A DNA stretch of 62,296 nucleotides, filler included, from Globobulimina sp. (Eukaryota): assembly GCA_003354225.1 (NCBI GenBank). It is 36 parts of 36 records of this genome, joined end to end, with 100 filler letters (N's around TTAATTAATTAA, not from the genome) between each part and the next. Parts side by side here need not be neighbours in the genome. Positions count along the whole stretch, not along the records: positions 22,548 to 24,180 come from PIVH01013831.1; positions 24,281 to 25,913 come from PIVH01013832.1; positions 26,014 to 27,646 come from PIVH01013833.1; positions 27,747 to 29,379 come from PIVH01013834.1; positions 29,480 to 31,112 come from PIVH01013835.1; positions 31,213 to 32,845 come from PIVH01013836.1; positions 32,946 to 34,578 come from PIVH01013837.1; positions 34,679 to 36,311 come from PIVH01013838.1; 28 more parts are not named here. One strand, written 5' to 3'. The notes beneath the pieces were generated by a model. It ran no database searches. It saw only the letters and a program-made list of their open reading frames with translations, and was not told where the DNA came from. Each line of letters begins with the position of its first letter. Position 1 is the stretch's first letter. This document shows, one piece after another, positions 22,548 through 34,911 of this stretch. Both the position numbers and the translations under genes were made by a program.

Positions 22548-23759
22548 ACCATTCATAAATTTCATTGCTGTATTTTCAACAATTTCAATATTTTCACCTA
22601 GGCCTTTTACTAAAATATGATCAACAATTTCGTTATTCGGCGTATATGGGTTATCTGCACATCGCGTACATTGAACAGAAACATCTAATTCTTCATCGCT
22701 CCCAAACACATTCTTTAATCCTGACTCATTCAATAAATTATCATAAATATCCTGTCTTGAATTAATACCAATATTCAAGTCACCCAAAACAATTACATTC
22801 CCATTTGTATTTTTAACAATATCCACCATTGCAGCAACATCTAATTGTGTAATATTTGCTAATTCTGTGACTCCGTTATCAATATTAAATTGTCTCATTG
22901 TTGTAAATGGAGATAAGGCAAAGGTTGGAGTCTCAAAATGAGTGCAAATAATGGTCATATTAATTGGATCCGTTACCGTGGCAATAATAGCACCTCGAGG
23001 AATAAATACAGCTTCAGGAATTTCTACAAATTGTACAGATTCAAATGCGTATTTTGACCATAATATAATTCCTTCATTTGGTTTATAATCAAAAGGTTGC
23101 GAATTGCCACAAATATCATACACATCACTTACGGCGTCAGTGCTATTCACGTCATAATCACTCCAAACTGATTTGAGTTGATTGACATAATAAGATTTCC
23201 ACAAACAAACCAAACACGCACTTAATTCAAACGTTTCCCCGAAGTCAAATAAAGTTGGATTTAATGTGCGATTTGTAATGGAAGTCGTCGGATCTCTTAA
23301 TTCTGCAAAACAGTCCCAAACACAAAAGATAAAACCAAAGATAGATCCAGGCAATGCTGCTACAGCACAGCTTTGCGCACATTCGAACATTACACCATCG
23401 GACTCCAAAAAGGAAGCAATTTGCGCGGAATCACACGCAATATCAGAAAGTGACGGGTTTTCTTTGTAAAATGAATGTGGAAATAAATCAGCAAATGCAT
23501 CTGAATAATCATCGATTGAGGCAAAGGTATGGGCTTCCTGCGTGCACACAAAATCTAAATCGCCAAATAAGGAATCCATGTTCGAAAATACATAATCACG
23601 ACGAGCTGTGTACGCAATATATACAGATGACAGATGCTATATTTTTTAATTTTTTGGATGTTTTTGTATATTTTGTATACCTGTTCTATCGCCACCATAA
23701 TAGACGTCGAATGAGTTCCATGTCCCGATGCTAAATGTCGTATCAGTATCACTCAACAT
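22548..23759 (-). CDS. Endonuclease/exonuclease/phosphatase (EEP) family protein, 3'-partial; intron 23606-23680
   Basis: SIGTWN, DFVCTQE, GIILWSKY, IICTHF, VIVLGDLN and VDHILVKG. Confidence 0.85.
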
Positions 23760-24280
23760 TGGAATCACTGAGTGACATATTAATATAACCAATGAATATA
23801 AAGTCAGAGTCATTAGCGTCAATTTCAGGTTATCCTAGGTCTCAATTTATATTGCGCAATATATTAAAGAACCCCGTTGTAGTCTGACAATGAACAATCT
23901 TCAAAGAACTTCTAAAAAATAAAAGCTTTTATCACATTAACCCACCCCCCTTCACTGCAGTCACAACTATTGACCTATCTTCATTGTGGTATTTCAACTT
24001 TCGGAGTTGAATTTGTTATAATAATTTATGCGATTTCTAAGCGAATAAAGCTATGTTAAACGAATAGAATCCACTAAATACAGCCCAATATCATGAAAAA
24101 CGAAAAAAAAAAACAATGGCACAAAGGATCAGATAAAAATAAAATAAATACAAAAAACTATTTTCTGAACAACACTCCGANNNNNNNNNNNNNNNNNNNN
24201 NNNNNNNNNNNNNNNNNNNNNNNNTTAATTAATTAANNNNNNNNNNNNNNNNNNNNNNNNNNNNNNNNNNNNNNNNNNNN

Positions 24281-25600
24281 GTTTTTTTCTCCAAAGACGG
24301 CACCATGTTGTTTCAATCGTTCATATAAGGGACTGGTCCGCAAGGGGCGGCCCCAAGTGAAATCATCCAAAGGGAACTTCAGGTAGTAATAATATTTATA
24401 ATTTTCACGGCAGCGGTTGGCAACATAGTCCATATTTCTGAAATGGTCACCAAAACGGCGCACATCATATGCAGTCATATCCAAATTCGGAAGTCCATTG
24501 ATAATCCAATCGGCCAGCTCTTTACCCATACCACCACCAGTGGCAAATCCGTTAATGCTCATGCCTGCGGCAGCCCACAGGCCTGGAACATCAGGGCAAG
24601 GCCCGACACATGGAATCGCATCCGGCGTAAACCCATCAGGATGGTTCACCAGCTCTTGTGCATCCGCCTGTCCTAGAATCGGAACACGGTTCATTGCACC
24701 TTTAATGACCGGTTCGTATAAATCCCAATTGGAACTGATGGACTCTGCGTTGTGCTCCCATGGAACACCGTCTTCGTGCCAGGTATCCGGGTTTAATTCA
24801 AACCCGCCTATTAGGACACCGCCGATTTCCTCTCGAATATAGACCAGATTGTCCGGATCTCGCAACACCGGTGTGGTTGGTTTAAATAGTTCGTTTTCCA
24901 TGGGAATAGTTGTCATGTGTTGGTGTTGTACAGGAACGATGGGTAGAAAGGAGCCGGCCATCTGAGCGATACGTCCGGCCCACATACCTGCTGCATTTAC
25001 AACAATCTCACATTCTATGCGCCCCTTATCGGTAACCACCGCTTGTATCGCACCGTTGTCATTTAGTTCAATATCCGTTACCCGGGTGTTGGTGGAAACC
25101 GTCACTCCCATTTCTCGTGCTTTATTTGCCATATAGGTGGTTACCGTATGCGGATCAACCCACCCGTCCATGGGTAGATGAATACTACCGGCAACCTCAT
25201 TTAGACTGATCTGCGGCCATAGCTTTTGGGTGTCCCGAGGGCTCAGGAGTTCAATATCCAGGCCAATACCGCGGGCCTTACTCACCGCCTGTTTGAGGCT
25301 CATTAACTGATCAGGACTCGATGCCATGCGAATGCTGCCGGTGTGATGCCAGCCAGATTCGTCTCCGTCTTCAGCGTGGAAACCCTTGTACAAATCCACA
25401 CTGTACTGACGCATACGCATCATTGTCAGGTTTGTATGAAACTGCGTAACCATCCCGGCGGCATGGCAGGTACTACCGCTTGTCAGATCATGTTTTTCAA
25501 CAAGAGCAACATCGGTTTCACCATTTTTGGCCAAATGATAGGCTGTGCAGCAACCAACGATGCCGCCTCCAATAATTACAATTTTTGAGCGTTCTTTCAT
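24281..25600 (-). CDS. Bacterial FAD-dependent dimethylglycine/sarcosine dehydrogenase (DAO + GcvT family), 3'-partial
   Basis: IVIIGGGIVGCCTAYHL, LTSGSTCHAAG, VVNAAGMW, VLRDPD, FTPD and RPLRTSPLYERL. No introns, AAGGA Shine-Dalgarno-like motif 7 nt before the ATG, higher GC. Confidence 0.93.
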
Positions 25601-26290
25601 TGTTTCATCCTTTATTTTTTTAATCATGATTGGGTTTAATTCCAAGCAGCATCTGGCCGGAGGATATTTATGTAATAAATACCTACAAGGCTTGTAGCGG
25701 GGTAGTTGATTAAAGTATACATATTTTGAGCCTCTCTTATAATACTGTTATCAAAGGTTTTTCGTGGCAAGTCAATATACTAATTGTTATTATTTATAAC
25801 TTCAGATTATATTTTTTATATGTATTTATGGGTTGAATTTTTTAAAACAGATCAGTAAAAAATAAATTTTTGGTTCCTGTCAATGATATGATGTTGTACC
25901 TGTCTCTTTATATNNNNNNNNNNNNNNNNNNNNNNNNNNNNNNNNNNNNNNNNNNNNTTAATTAATTAANNNNNNNNNNNNNNNNNNNNNNNNNNNNNNN
26001 NNNNNNNNNNNNNCCTATCACCAAATATATCGATCGGAACTCATCGTTAATACAATAAACAACTCGACAATGATTATGGAAATTAATAAAACAACACACA
26101 GAAAAAGAGCGGAGTTTGATGTCCAATACGACATCAAATATATATATCATTCATTTATCACATATATATTTAATTAATGCATGCAAATATTCAACGAAAA
26201 AAAGGCACACAAGTAAACTACAAATATTAGTACAAATATTAGACGTAAGTCCGATTTGAGGCTCACAAGCCTGTGGGAGACAAATTTATC

Positions 26291-27510
26291 TTAATTATCA
26301 CATTTCTGTTGCTTTTTAAAACATATCATGTTTTGAAAAGAGTTCCAAAATGGATTACAAAACGAAAACATCAAATGATTACAAATTGCATTCATAATAC
26401 AATCATAGACCAACAAATTGGTAAACATCGGTAAAATGTAGACCCACGCAGTTGTGCATAATGTAGTAAATAACGTCACAGCAATCAAAATAGACTGCTT
26501 CCACATTAAGACATGGAGATCCACTGCAAATACTTTCTCTGCAGTTAGTTTACTGTTATTTTGCTCTTCCTCATGTCCATTATCTCCATTATGTGCTGTT
26601 GCATTTGCAACAATAGTGACTGTCGAACAACGTGTACTCATTTCCATGTCCATGGTAGTATCGTCATTTGTTTCCGGCTCCGGCTTACAGCCAGGTTTGA
26701 TATAAGTTGCCTGTCGAGTTCCTATCTCAATCACCATTGCTCGAATAGCTTTCAATCGAACCATAAAAAAAATGCCCAAAGCACCGCATAACAATACGTC
26801 TAAACAAGGAAACGCTTTCAATGTCGTTGGTGTTAAAAACGGAGCTGGCTGCTGTGGGATAACACACATTTTGATGTTTCCTGCATGGACCCAAGCCCAT
26901 TTTTCATGTTCTATGGGCAGAGCAAGAAAGGCCACCACATTGTTTATCATATAAACTGTGGTGCCGCCTATTAAGACGAATTGGAGTGAGCGACGGACTG
27001 CGAATGCGGTGCCTTCGAACGCATATTTTACGCGGAATGCAAATAACAAATAGGAGGCGCATTTACCGAGGCCGTATACACAGATTTCAAAATAGAAACC
27101 AATAAAACATCCAACTTCGGTAAAATCGCCCTTAATTATGGCATCACATCGACCCAATGCCAATCCCAGACACGCCTATATACGGTATATATGTACATAC
27201 GGTATATATATGTACATAAATTAGTATACATAGAGTGCAAACATACACATACCATCATGTACATTATTTGGATGCAAATCTCAGCGTAAAGAAATTTAGT
27301 GCGCACTTTACCGTATTGTGATTCATCATTGTTTTCAATTATCTGACTTTTGATGAGATGATATATTGTATGGATGGCTAATGCTAAAATGACAAAAAAT
27401 CCAACAAAACCACCTATAGCATAGGTCCAAATCATTGTGTTCGTTCCTTTCGAACCTAAGATGTTGTTTGGTATATCACCTGCGTTTACTTCAAAATACC
27501 AGTCAGGCAT
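26291..27510 (-). CDS. Seven-transmembrane GPCR-like protein; intron ~27176-27252
   Basis: Seven hydrophobic segments after splicing; last helix YDCIMNAICNHLMF. Confidence 0.65.
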
Positions 27511-27746
27511 TGTTCCGATTTCAAACACCACCAATATTCAAATTTTGCTTAAAAAAAAATCCTTTTATCATAGCAGCAACACTTAAAACGTCCTACTGTT
27601 ATTTTGCTTGTGTGACGTCACACTTTTTGAATATATGTGACGTAACNNNNNNNNNNNNNNNNNNNNNNNNNNNNNNNNNNNNNNNNNNNNTTAATTAATT
27701 AANNNNNNNNNNNNNNNNNNNNNNNNNNNNNNNNNNNNNNNNNNNN

Positions 27747-29350
27747 GAATAATATAAATAATCATCAATTTGATAGTATGAACCGGACTGCAGTTCAAAG
27801 GGAATCGGCGCTTTTTCTTCACTAATGGCAAATGCATTGGTCACCAAATCAAACACAATCACATTATCCGACAGAAAAGAATTATTTGGATATGGACTGG
27901 CTTGATCTCCAACTGCACCAAGTTGCGTATACACACCGCCAATCATATACAATTTCTCATTATATGTACCATAGGCCATACTTGACAAATTTTGTGGCAT
28001 TAAATTGTCAGTTTGTAACTGAAATGTCATTGAATTAATTGATACATTACCTGTTAATACGCCCGGTACTAAATTTTCGATATACTGCTCATTACAATTA
28101 ATACAGCCAATTTGCAGCGCATTTACCGGCGTCAGCGTCCAGCTCTGTCCTCCTACCAAATAAATTAAACCGGTCTCGTGGTCGTAACTAATCGCAGCAG
28201 AACTTGTATTCAAATGTAACTTATTCACAGAACGCGTCAAAGTATCAGTGCTGATATGATACATTTGGATCCAATCCAATGTCTCTTCCCTATAATTGAA
28301 AAAAATGGAATCTTCCGCTACATTACCACCGAATAAAAATATCATATCATATGCTTCAATCAACAAAGGCATCACATTCATAACAGAAACACCCATTGAC
28401 TGCGTAGACACAGACCATCGATTGGTGTTATAATCAAAGATCTGTATTTGTGTAGTTTGCCGTCCACTGAATACATATAAATGGTCATTATAACCAACAC
28501 ACGTTGCTTCAGAAACAGGTGTTCTTAAATCCCTCATTGCCACCCAAGTCAGAGCTGTTTCGTTATACAAATAGGTGTGGCGTACTCCTACGCCTTCCCA
28601 CTCATTGGTTTGTCCTCCGACATGAAATAAATACGTCAACCCATCAATGGTGGATATGAAGCCACATAATGAGCCTCTGGCAATTCCGCGAGCGATATCT
28701 GCAGTGGCGGTGGGTAGCGCTGCTGCTAATTTTGTAAAGGATAAATCAGCGAAATGCATTTTCCAAACCGAACAATCGTCATTGTAACAATAATGGCATG
28801 AGACTCCCGCGCAACTTGTTGGTAAATAATAGATATATTCACCAATTTGACATTGGCCGCTCACAAATCGCAATTCAAAATGGAATGGTGCTGTGGAGGC
28901 TGCTCTGTTGATCGAATGAGATGTCATGTTATATGATAAAATTTCATTAATGCTTTCCTGATTTGGCAATAGTCCGCCAACCATAAATAAGCTCCTGTTT
29001 TTTGTTTTTGTTTGTAATTTAAACAGTATACAATATTATATTAATGAGGGCATGGAATGGCAGATTACAATCCAGTGTAATGCGTAAATGTTATTGCTAA
29101 CATTTTTATTGACGACATATACAGTGTTTGTATTGATATTTGACTGAGCGAATATAATATCAAAATTAGTCTGGATGACTGGATGTAATTCGTTATTCCA
29201 TACCCTCATATATTTCGATACGAACCTGTCATAAGTACCATACGCCATTCTCTGCGTTGTTTGAACTGATGATTCATGATAAAAAGTGATGTTTTGTATC
29301 AGTTGGGCCATGCCAATTGATATTAATGTTGTAAATACCAAATAATGCAT
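27747..29350 (-). CDS. Secreted kelch-repeat beta-propeller protein, 3'-partial; intron 28995-29225
   Basis: Signal peptide and repeated LFMVGG, LFHVGG, LYVFSG, IFLFGG, IYLVGG and LYMIGG blades. Confidence 0.85.
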
Positions 29351-29587
29351 GATTCGATTGTTGTCTGTTGGCTGGATTANNNNNNNNNNNNNNNNNNNNN
29401 NNNNNNNNNNNNNNNNNNNNNNNTTAATTAATTAANNNNNNNNNNNNNNNNNNNNNNNNNNNNNNNNNNNNNNNNNNNNTTTGTCTGCATTGTATTGTAT
29501 TGTATTGTATTCTCATTATAATTAACTTGTATCATTGTCCTTGCACAGTTATAGGCTTTATATAGTTTATTGTGTACAACTGAACTA

Positions 29588-31112
29588 TTAACTAATGATC
29601 AGATTATTTTCTACAAGATCAGTATACAAAGTTTCATCAATTTCGATATCGGTGTATGTCTGAGTTAACGTCTGAGACAACGTGGTATCATCAAACGATG
29701 TCTCTGTTGGTGTATTTGTGACAGATCTATTTGTTCTTGATCTGTTATTAAAATTTATAAATTTATGAAGTTTCCCATTAATTCCTCGAAATTCTTGTAT
29801 ATTTAAATAAAAATATTTGTTGACATTTCTTACATATTTATCCTGATCCTTAATCAATAAAATTGTCACTAAAGATCCAATAAATGAGAAAAACGCAAAT
29901 GCTACAAACGTAGCCCGGATATTGAATATATTTGAAAACGAATCATAAAATACTTCACCAAACGCTGCCCCTATTTTGCCAAATGCTGATGATATCCCAT
30001 AACATGTACATCTAATCGCTGTCGGGAATAATTCCACCGGCAATATAAACGTTGTTATGTGTGCACTGCAATTTGCTACAAATAGAGACAGATAATACAA
30101 TATAATAAACGTCGCATTATAGCCTTTATTATTGGTATTTTGCAACTTATCCCAACTTATACCTAACAGTAAAAAGCAAAATATACTTTGATATCGATAT
30201 TGCAATAATACATGCTGTTAAATCGTAGCTCGCACACTTTTGTATACACCAAAGTTTATTTCGCTTTTTACCTAAAATGAAAAACATAATGCCCATAAAT
30301 ACAAAGCCAAATATCTGCAGTCTACGACAGCCAAACATCTTCAAAACAAAATAGAATCCAAGCAAGTATGCCGGAATAATGGCAGCAGAAACAATCACAT
30401 TCTGCAGAGAAATGTCGTCAATGTTCTCAAAGCTTTTATTAATAATACTGCCATCACACACTCTCTGTGCATATATGATAGAGTCCAATGTGAACCATGC
30501 AATAGACGTCGCACATATGGTTTTGAAATAAAATTTGTAAATCACAAATAATTTAGCCTTGACTGCAAATGGATTGCTTTCTTTTGGATTTTCATTGATT
30601 GTGTTGCTCGGAAAAATGGTAGAAAGCATATTCTCCAAAACAACATTTTGTTCATTTTTATCAGAAACATATAGCTCAGGTTCAACGTTTCTAAATTTAT
30701 ACCGTGGATACAAAGCAATGCAAGCTGGCAAAATACCAATGACAAATAATAAACGCCACACTAGATCCAAGTTTTGAGGGTCATAACTTTGTTGATTGGG
30801 GATCAATAATTTCACCAAAATATAGGTGATTATTGATGCAAATAAAGAGCCACAAATTGTATACATAAATTGAATACATAAAACGTAGAATAATTGTTTT
30901 TCATGAAATGATTCAGAGTGAGATTCATATGCTGATGTTGGAGCTAATGGATATTCGGCACCAATGCCAAAACCCAGTACGACACGACTTATTATTAATA
31001 AATATATCATTACCTTTAGTATAGAAGTGTTATATTAATAATTTAATATATATTATAAGTTTATACAGACCTTTCCATTATTGGTATAGACCGAGGCACA
31101 TAAAATACCACC
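29588..31112 (-). CDS. MFS transporter, Pho84/PHT1 phosphate:H+ symporter-like, 5'-partial; introns 31014-31070 and 30163-30271
   Basis: RVVLGFGIGAEYPL, LDLVWRLLFVIG, RRLQIFGF and TTFILPVELFPTAIRCTCYGISSAFGKIGA. Confidence 0.9.
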
Positions 31113-31264
31113 NNNNNNNNNNNNNNNNNNNNNNNNNNNNNNNNNNNNNNNNNNNNTTAATTAATTAANNNNNNNNNNNNNNNNNNNNNNNNNNNNNNNN
31201 NNNNNNNNNNNNATTGAAACAGAACGAGAAAACGATAAAGAATCGAGATGGGAACGAAACTAAA

Positions 31265-32287
31265 ATGCACAAAACTGCAAAACCAGCTGAACTTGAAAAT
31301 GATCAGAGCTCAGAAACAGAGACTGATGATAATCCTAATATGGATACAAAATGTAAAATTAAGTTATGTGTTACTCTGACATCGCTATGTTGTTTAACTT
31401 GTTTTGGCGTGATCTTAGCAGTGATTTTACTGCCATTATCCATAAAAAGAGTGGAATTTAATGAATCTGCCATACGATATAATGATCTTACAAAAAAGAC
31501 AGAGGATGGCGCCTATACTGAAGGACGATACCTGTTTACACCACAAACAAAACTATTTACATACGACACTATCATACAAATATTGAGTTTGGAACTGGAT
31601 TGTTTGACCAGCGATGGCATTGTAATGGGTATTAATGTCTCCATACAATATTCAATCGCACAAAATAATATTTATAAAATATGGAATGAGTATGGCAGAG
31701 AGGGGAATTTATATAGTTATTTTAGATTAATTGCAGCTGATTCTATCCGTGATTCTGTTGGTTCCTTTGAAGCCGGTTCCTTTTATCGAAATAGATATGA
31801 TATACAAAATAAAATTGAACATGATTTGTTTGATGCAATTAAATATGGCCATACATATATTAATATGACAGCAGCGATTCTCTCTGGTTATGCGTTTCCC
31901 GAATTATTGAAAGAAACGATTCGAATGAAAAGAAATGCGGAAAATGATATTGATCTGGCTAAAAATGAACGGAATGGCAATATTACAGATGCGGAAACTA
32001 CACTTTTAATTTCAAAAATATATGCAAAACAATTAGAGATTCAGGCTAAAGCGGAAAAAGAGAGTATTTTAGCTGAGGCGTATGCAAAACAGAGAGCTGT
32101 AAGGAAGGAATTTGAATATCGGAAACAGTTAATGACAAATGCCATGACAATGTTTAATATGACAATAAATGAGTTTGTAGAAGGATGGTTATCTGCATTG
32201 GTATTGTTGCATGCGCATCAACCTTACACTACAACTCTTGTAAGCAATGGAAATAAAAGTAGATTGATGTTGGGCATGACATTTTGA
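31265..32287 (+). CDS. SPFH/band-7 (prohibitin-like) membrane protein
   Basis: N-terminal TM helix, SIKRVEFNE, EGRYL, CLTSDGI, FYRNRYDI and an AE-rich coiled coil. Confidence 0.85.
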   Translation: MHKTAKPAELENDQSSETETDDNPNMDTKCKIKLCVTLTSLCCLTCFGVILAVILLPLSIKRVEFNESAIRYNDLTKKTEDGAYTEGRYLFTPQTKLFTYDTIIQILSLELDCLTSDGIVMGINVSIQYSIAQNNIYKIWNEYGREGNLYSYFRLIAADSIRDSVGSFEAGSFYRNRYDIQNKIEHDLFDAIKYGHTYINMTAAILSGYAFPELLKETIRMKRNAENDIDLAKNERNGNITDAETTLLISKIYAKQLEIQAKAEKESILAEAYAKQRAVRKEFEYRKQLMTNAMTMFNMTINEFVEGWLSALVLLHAHQPYTTTLVSNGNKSRLMLGMTF

Positions 32288-32691
32288 AACTTGTTTGGTT
32301 CCTCTTTATTTTCGTGTGTATTATATACAAATTATAATAATTGCTTAAAAGCGTGTACATTTCGATATTAATATTGCTCATATCTAATAAAGGAGAGATA
32401 TTTTTGTTTGTGGTATAGTTATTATTGTAAATTCAGACTACATAACACATATAAATGATAATTTTCAAATGTTTATTGTCATCTTTTCATTCGTTTGTTT
32501 ATTTCGGTGTGTTGTCTTCGAATTCAATTTATATTCAGTCTTCATCAAATTGCTCTGCTGGTATAACGAGAGGAAATTAACTTTTTTCTCTTTAATACTC
32601 AAAAAAATTAAAGTAGGTTTTTCGATCATTTTTATACAATCACGGCAGTGGCGGAAGTGATCGATAATTACTTCCTTTTAATTGATAGTAT

Positions 32692-32845
32692 ATGGACAAG
32701 AAAGAGAATGAGAATGAGTTGAAGGCATTATTGCAGGTTGAAGGTAGAGGTTGGAGAGTTGAATTATTTGCAGATGAAAAGAGTATATTAAATGTGTTGT
32801 GTGCATACTGCGGTGCTGTTTGTCGAGAAGCGGTGGAATTAGGCT
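32692..32845 (+). CDS. N-terminal fragment of a RING/TRAF-type zinc-finger protein
   Basis: LCAYCGAVCREAVELG, truncated at the contig end. Confidence 0.55.
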
Positions 32846-32945
32846 NNNNNNNNNNNNNNNNNNNNNNNNNNNNNNNNNNNNNNNNNNNNTTAATTAATTA
32901 ANNNNNNNNNNNNNNNNNNNNNNNNNNNNNNNNNNNNNNNNNNNN

Positions 32946-33227
32946 AAGGTGGGTGATGACTCTCCGCTTGATGAAAGAATAAACTATGTTTTGGTTACAG
33001 AGATTAACCCTGGTCTTTCTGCCCATGGTGGTGATGTTTCACTGGTCGAAATTACTGAAGATAATGTTGCTATATTGAAATTTGGCGGTGGTTGCCAAGG
33101 TTGTAGTGCCGTAAGTATCACACTAAAAGAGGGGGTAGAGAAAACGCTAATTGAGCGTATCCCTGAGCTCAGTTCTGTAAGAGATGTTACTGATCATACA
33201 GTTACGGATAATGCTTATTTCCAGTAA
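32946..33227 (+). CDS. nfuA: Bacterial Fe-S biogenesis protein NfuA, C-terminal NifU domain
   Basis: [16 protein letters not shown]...[23 protein letters not shown]...VRDVTDH, typical of gammaproteobacterial NfuA. Confidence 0.92.
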   Translation, partial: KVGDDSPLDERINYVLVTEINPGLSAHGGDVSLVEITEDNVAILKFGGGCQGCSAVSITLKEGVEKTLIERIPELSSVRDVTDHTVTDNAYFQ

Positions 33228-33329
33228 GTAATCCTGTGTTGAATGTTTAGATGAGTGCTGCTCATTACCATTCACATTTGCTTGGATCGTTAATACACAG
33301 CAAGGCATTGACTAGTAGATAAGCTATGC

Positions 33330-34049
33330 ATGCTGTGTATTATTTGTGGTTGTGCGGTATTCGTTATATTCCTCATTCATTACCATTACAAACGAAGGCA
33401 TAAAGAGATTAAAAAACATCGTTCCAACTCAGACGCTCAACACGAAGGAGAGGACACACATACAATTCCTGTGGAAGCCACTGCTGTGGCGGCTGATCAA
33501 TTTGAAGGTGGGCAGTTTTTGCAGACATTGACACTAAAAGGTTTTCCAAGCGGGAGCTTACCTCAGATCCCAGACTCAATGCCATCCAAAGCCCAGGGGC
33601 CTGGCCCTCTGTTAGATGTTAGTTCAGCCACTGATATGGAATCAATGTATGGTTCTGTGCCTCGGGTAACCTCTGGATTCGCAAAATCGCCCCCGCATAG
33701 CAATAATTTGAATGGCAATTATGAGAGTGGGGGGCTACCAAAACCAGACGATCTTAATGAAGACCATGAGTATGAGTATTATTATGAGGATGAATGCCAA
33801 GTAGATGCAGAAGAGCCTGAGTATGAGTATTATTATGTGGACGAAGAAGTGAGTGTGGCAGAAATGATATACTTGCAATACTTTCAGAAATTTGGGTATC
33901 CTCCAAAAGAGGCTGGTCATTTGCTAAGATTTGCTAAAGAAAAGAATGAATCAATGACATGGAAGGAGGCCAGTAATACGGTGAAAAATCCTCCGTCAAC
34001 AAATGTCGACGAATCAGCCAGTCAACAAAATAGTGCTTATCGCGAGTAA
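33330..34049 (+). CDS. TM helix plus cytoplasmic tail of a eukaryotic single-pass membrane protein (fragment)
   Basis: Hydrophobic segment, basic stop-transfer residues and a duplicated EYEYYY motif. Confidence 0.6.
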   Translation: MLCIICGCAVFVIFLIHYHYKRRHKEIKKHRSNSDAQHEGEDTHTIPVEATAVAADQFEGGQFLQTLTLKGFPSGSLPQIPDSMPSKAQGPGPLLDVSSATDMESMYGSVPRVTSGFAKSPPHSNNLNGNYESGGLPKPDDLNEDHEYEYYYEDECQVDAEEPEYEYYYVDEEVSVAEMIYLQYFQKFGYPPKEAGHLLRFAKEKNESMTWKEASNTVKNPPSTNVDESASQQNSAYRE

Positions 34050-34911
34050 TCAAATATTATTCAATGTGAATTTATATAATATTATATATTTAGTATTATG
34101 TTGTATTTGTCTTTCTTTTTTGTTGTCGAAATTATGGTAATCGTGCTGCTGAAAACAAAACGTGTGTGGAATATATTGTTTTATTGTATTTTTGCATTGT
34201 TTTGAGCAGCATACTATATTTATATTATTCATCTGTTTTGCTTTATTATTATTGAATTACTTATCATTTCTTTGTTTTTTAGTTTTTTTTAAAAGTCAAT
34301 TCAGCTCTTTCATATTTTTATCAATTCGAAATTGTTTCACTATGTTTCAGCCAATGCTTCAAATCGATGTTAAATTCTTGATATTGGTCAATCATAAGCC
34401 AATGGCCCGCATCATATCCTTTATAGAAAAATTCTCACCAAATCCAAAAAATATATTTTCATTTTGCGGCATATTGGAAATGGCCAAATCGTCACAATTC
34501 ACATCATATCCGCCAATATTTAATCGTCTGCGCCATAAATGAAAATATGAATAATTTGCATAATTTGAAATTTCATTTNNNNNNNNNNNNNNNNNNNNNN
34601 NNNNNNNNNNNNNNNNNNNNNNTTAATTAATTAANNNNNNNNNNNNNNNNNNNNNNNNNNNNNNNNNNNNNNNNNNNNGATTAACCGCCAAAAGGAATTC
34701 AAACATAAACACGTACCGTTTTGGTTGGTTCATGTTGATGTTCGCCGAAGACTGAAGAAGGAAGAGAGGATGGAGAGAGGATGAAAGTGGTTTTTCGAGC
34801 ATTCATGTTTTCGAGCTTATTCGCAGTATTCAAGGATTCGAGGATTCAGATTCGAGGATTCGAAAAACTTTAAGATTCACCGAGTCAATTCAAGGGATTC
34901 AGTGTTCATCA

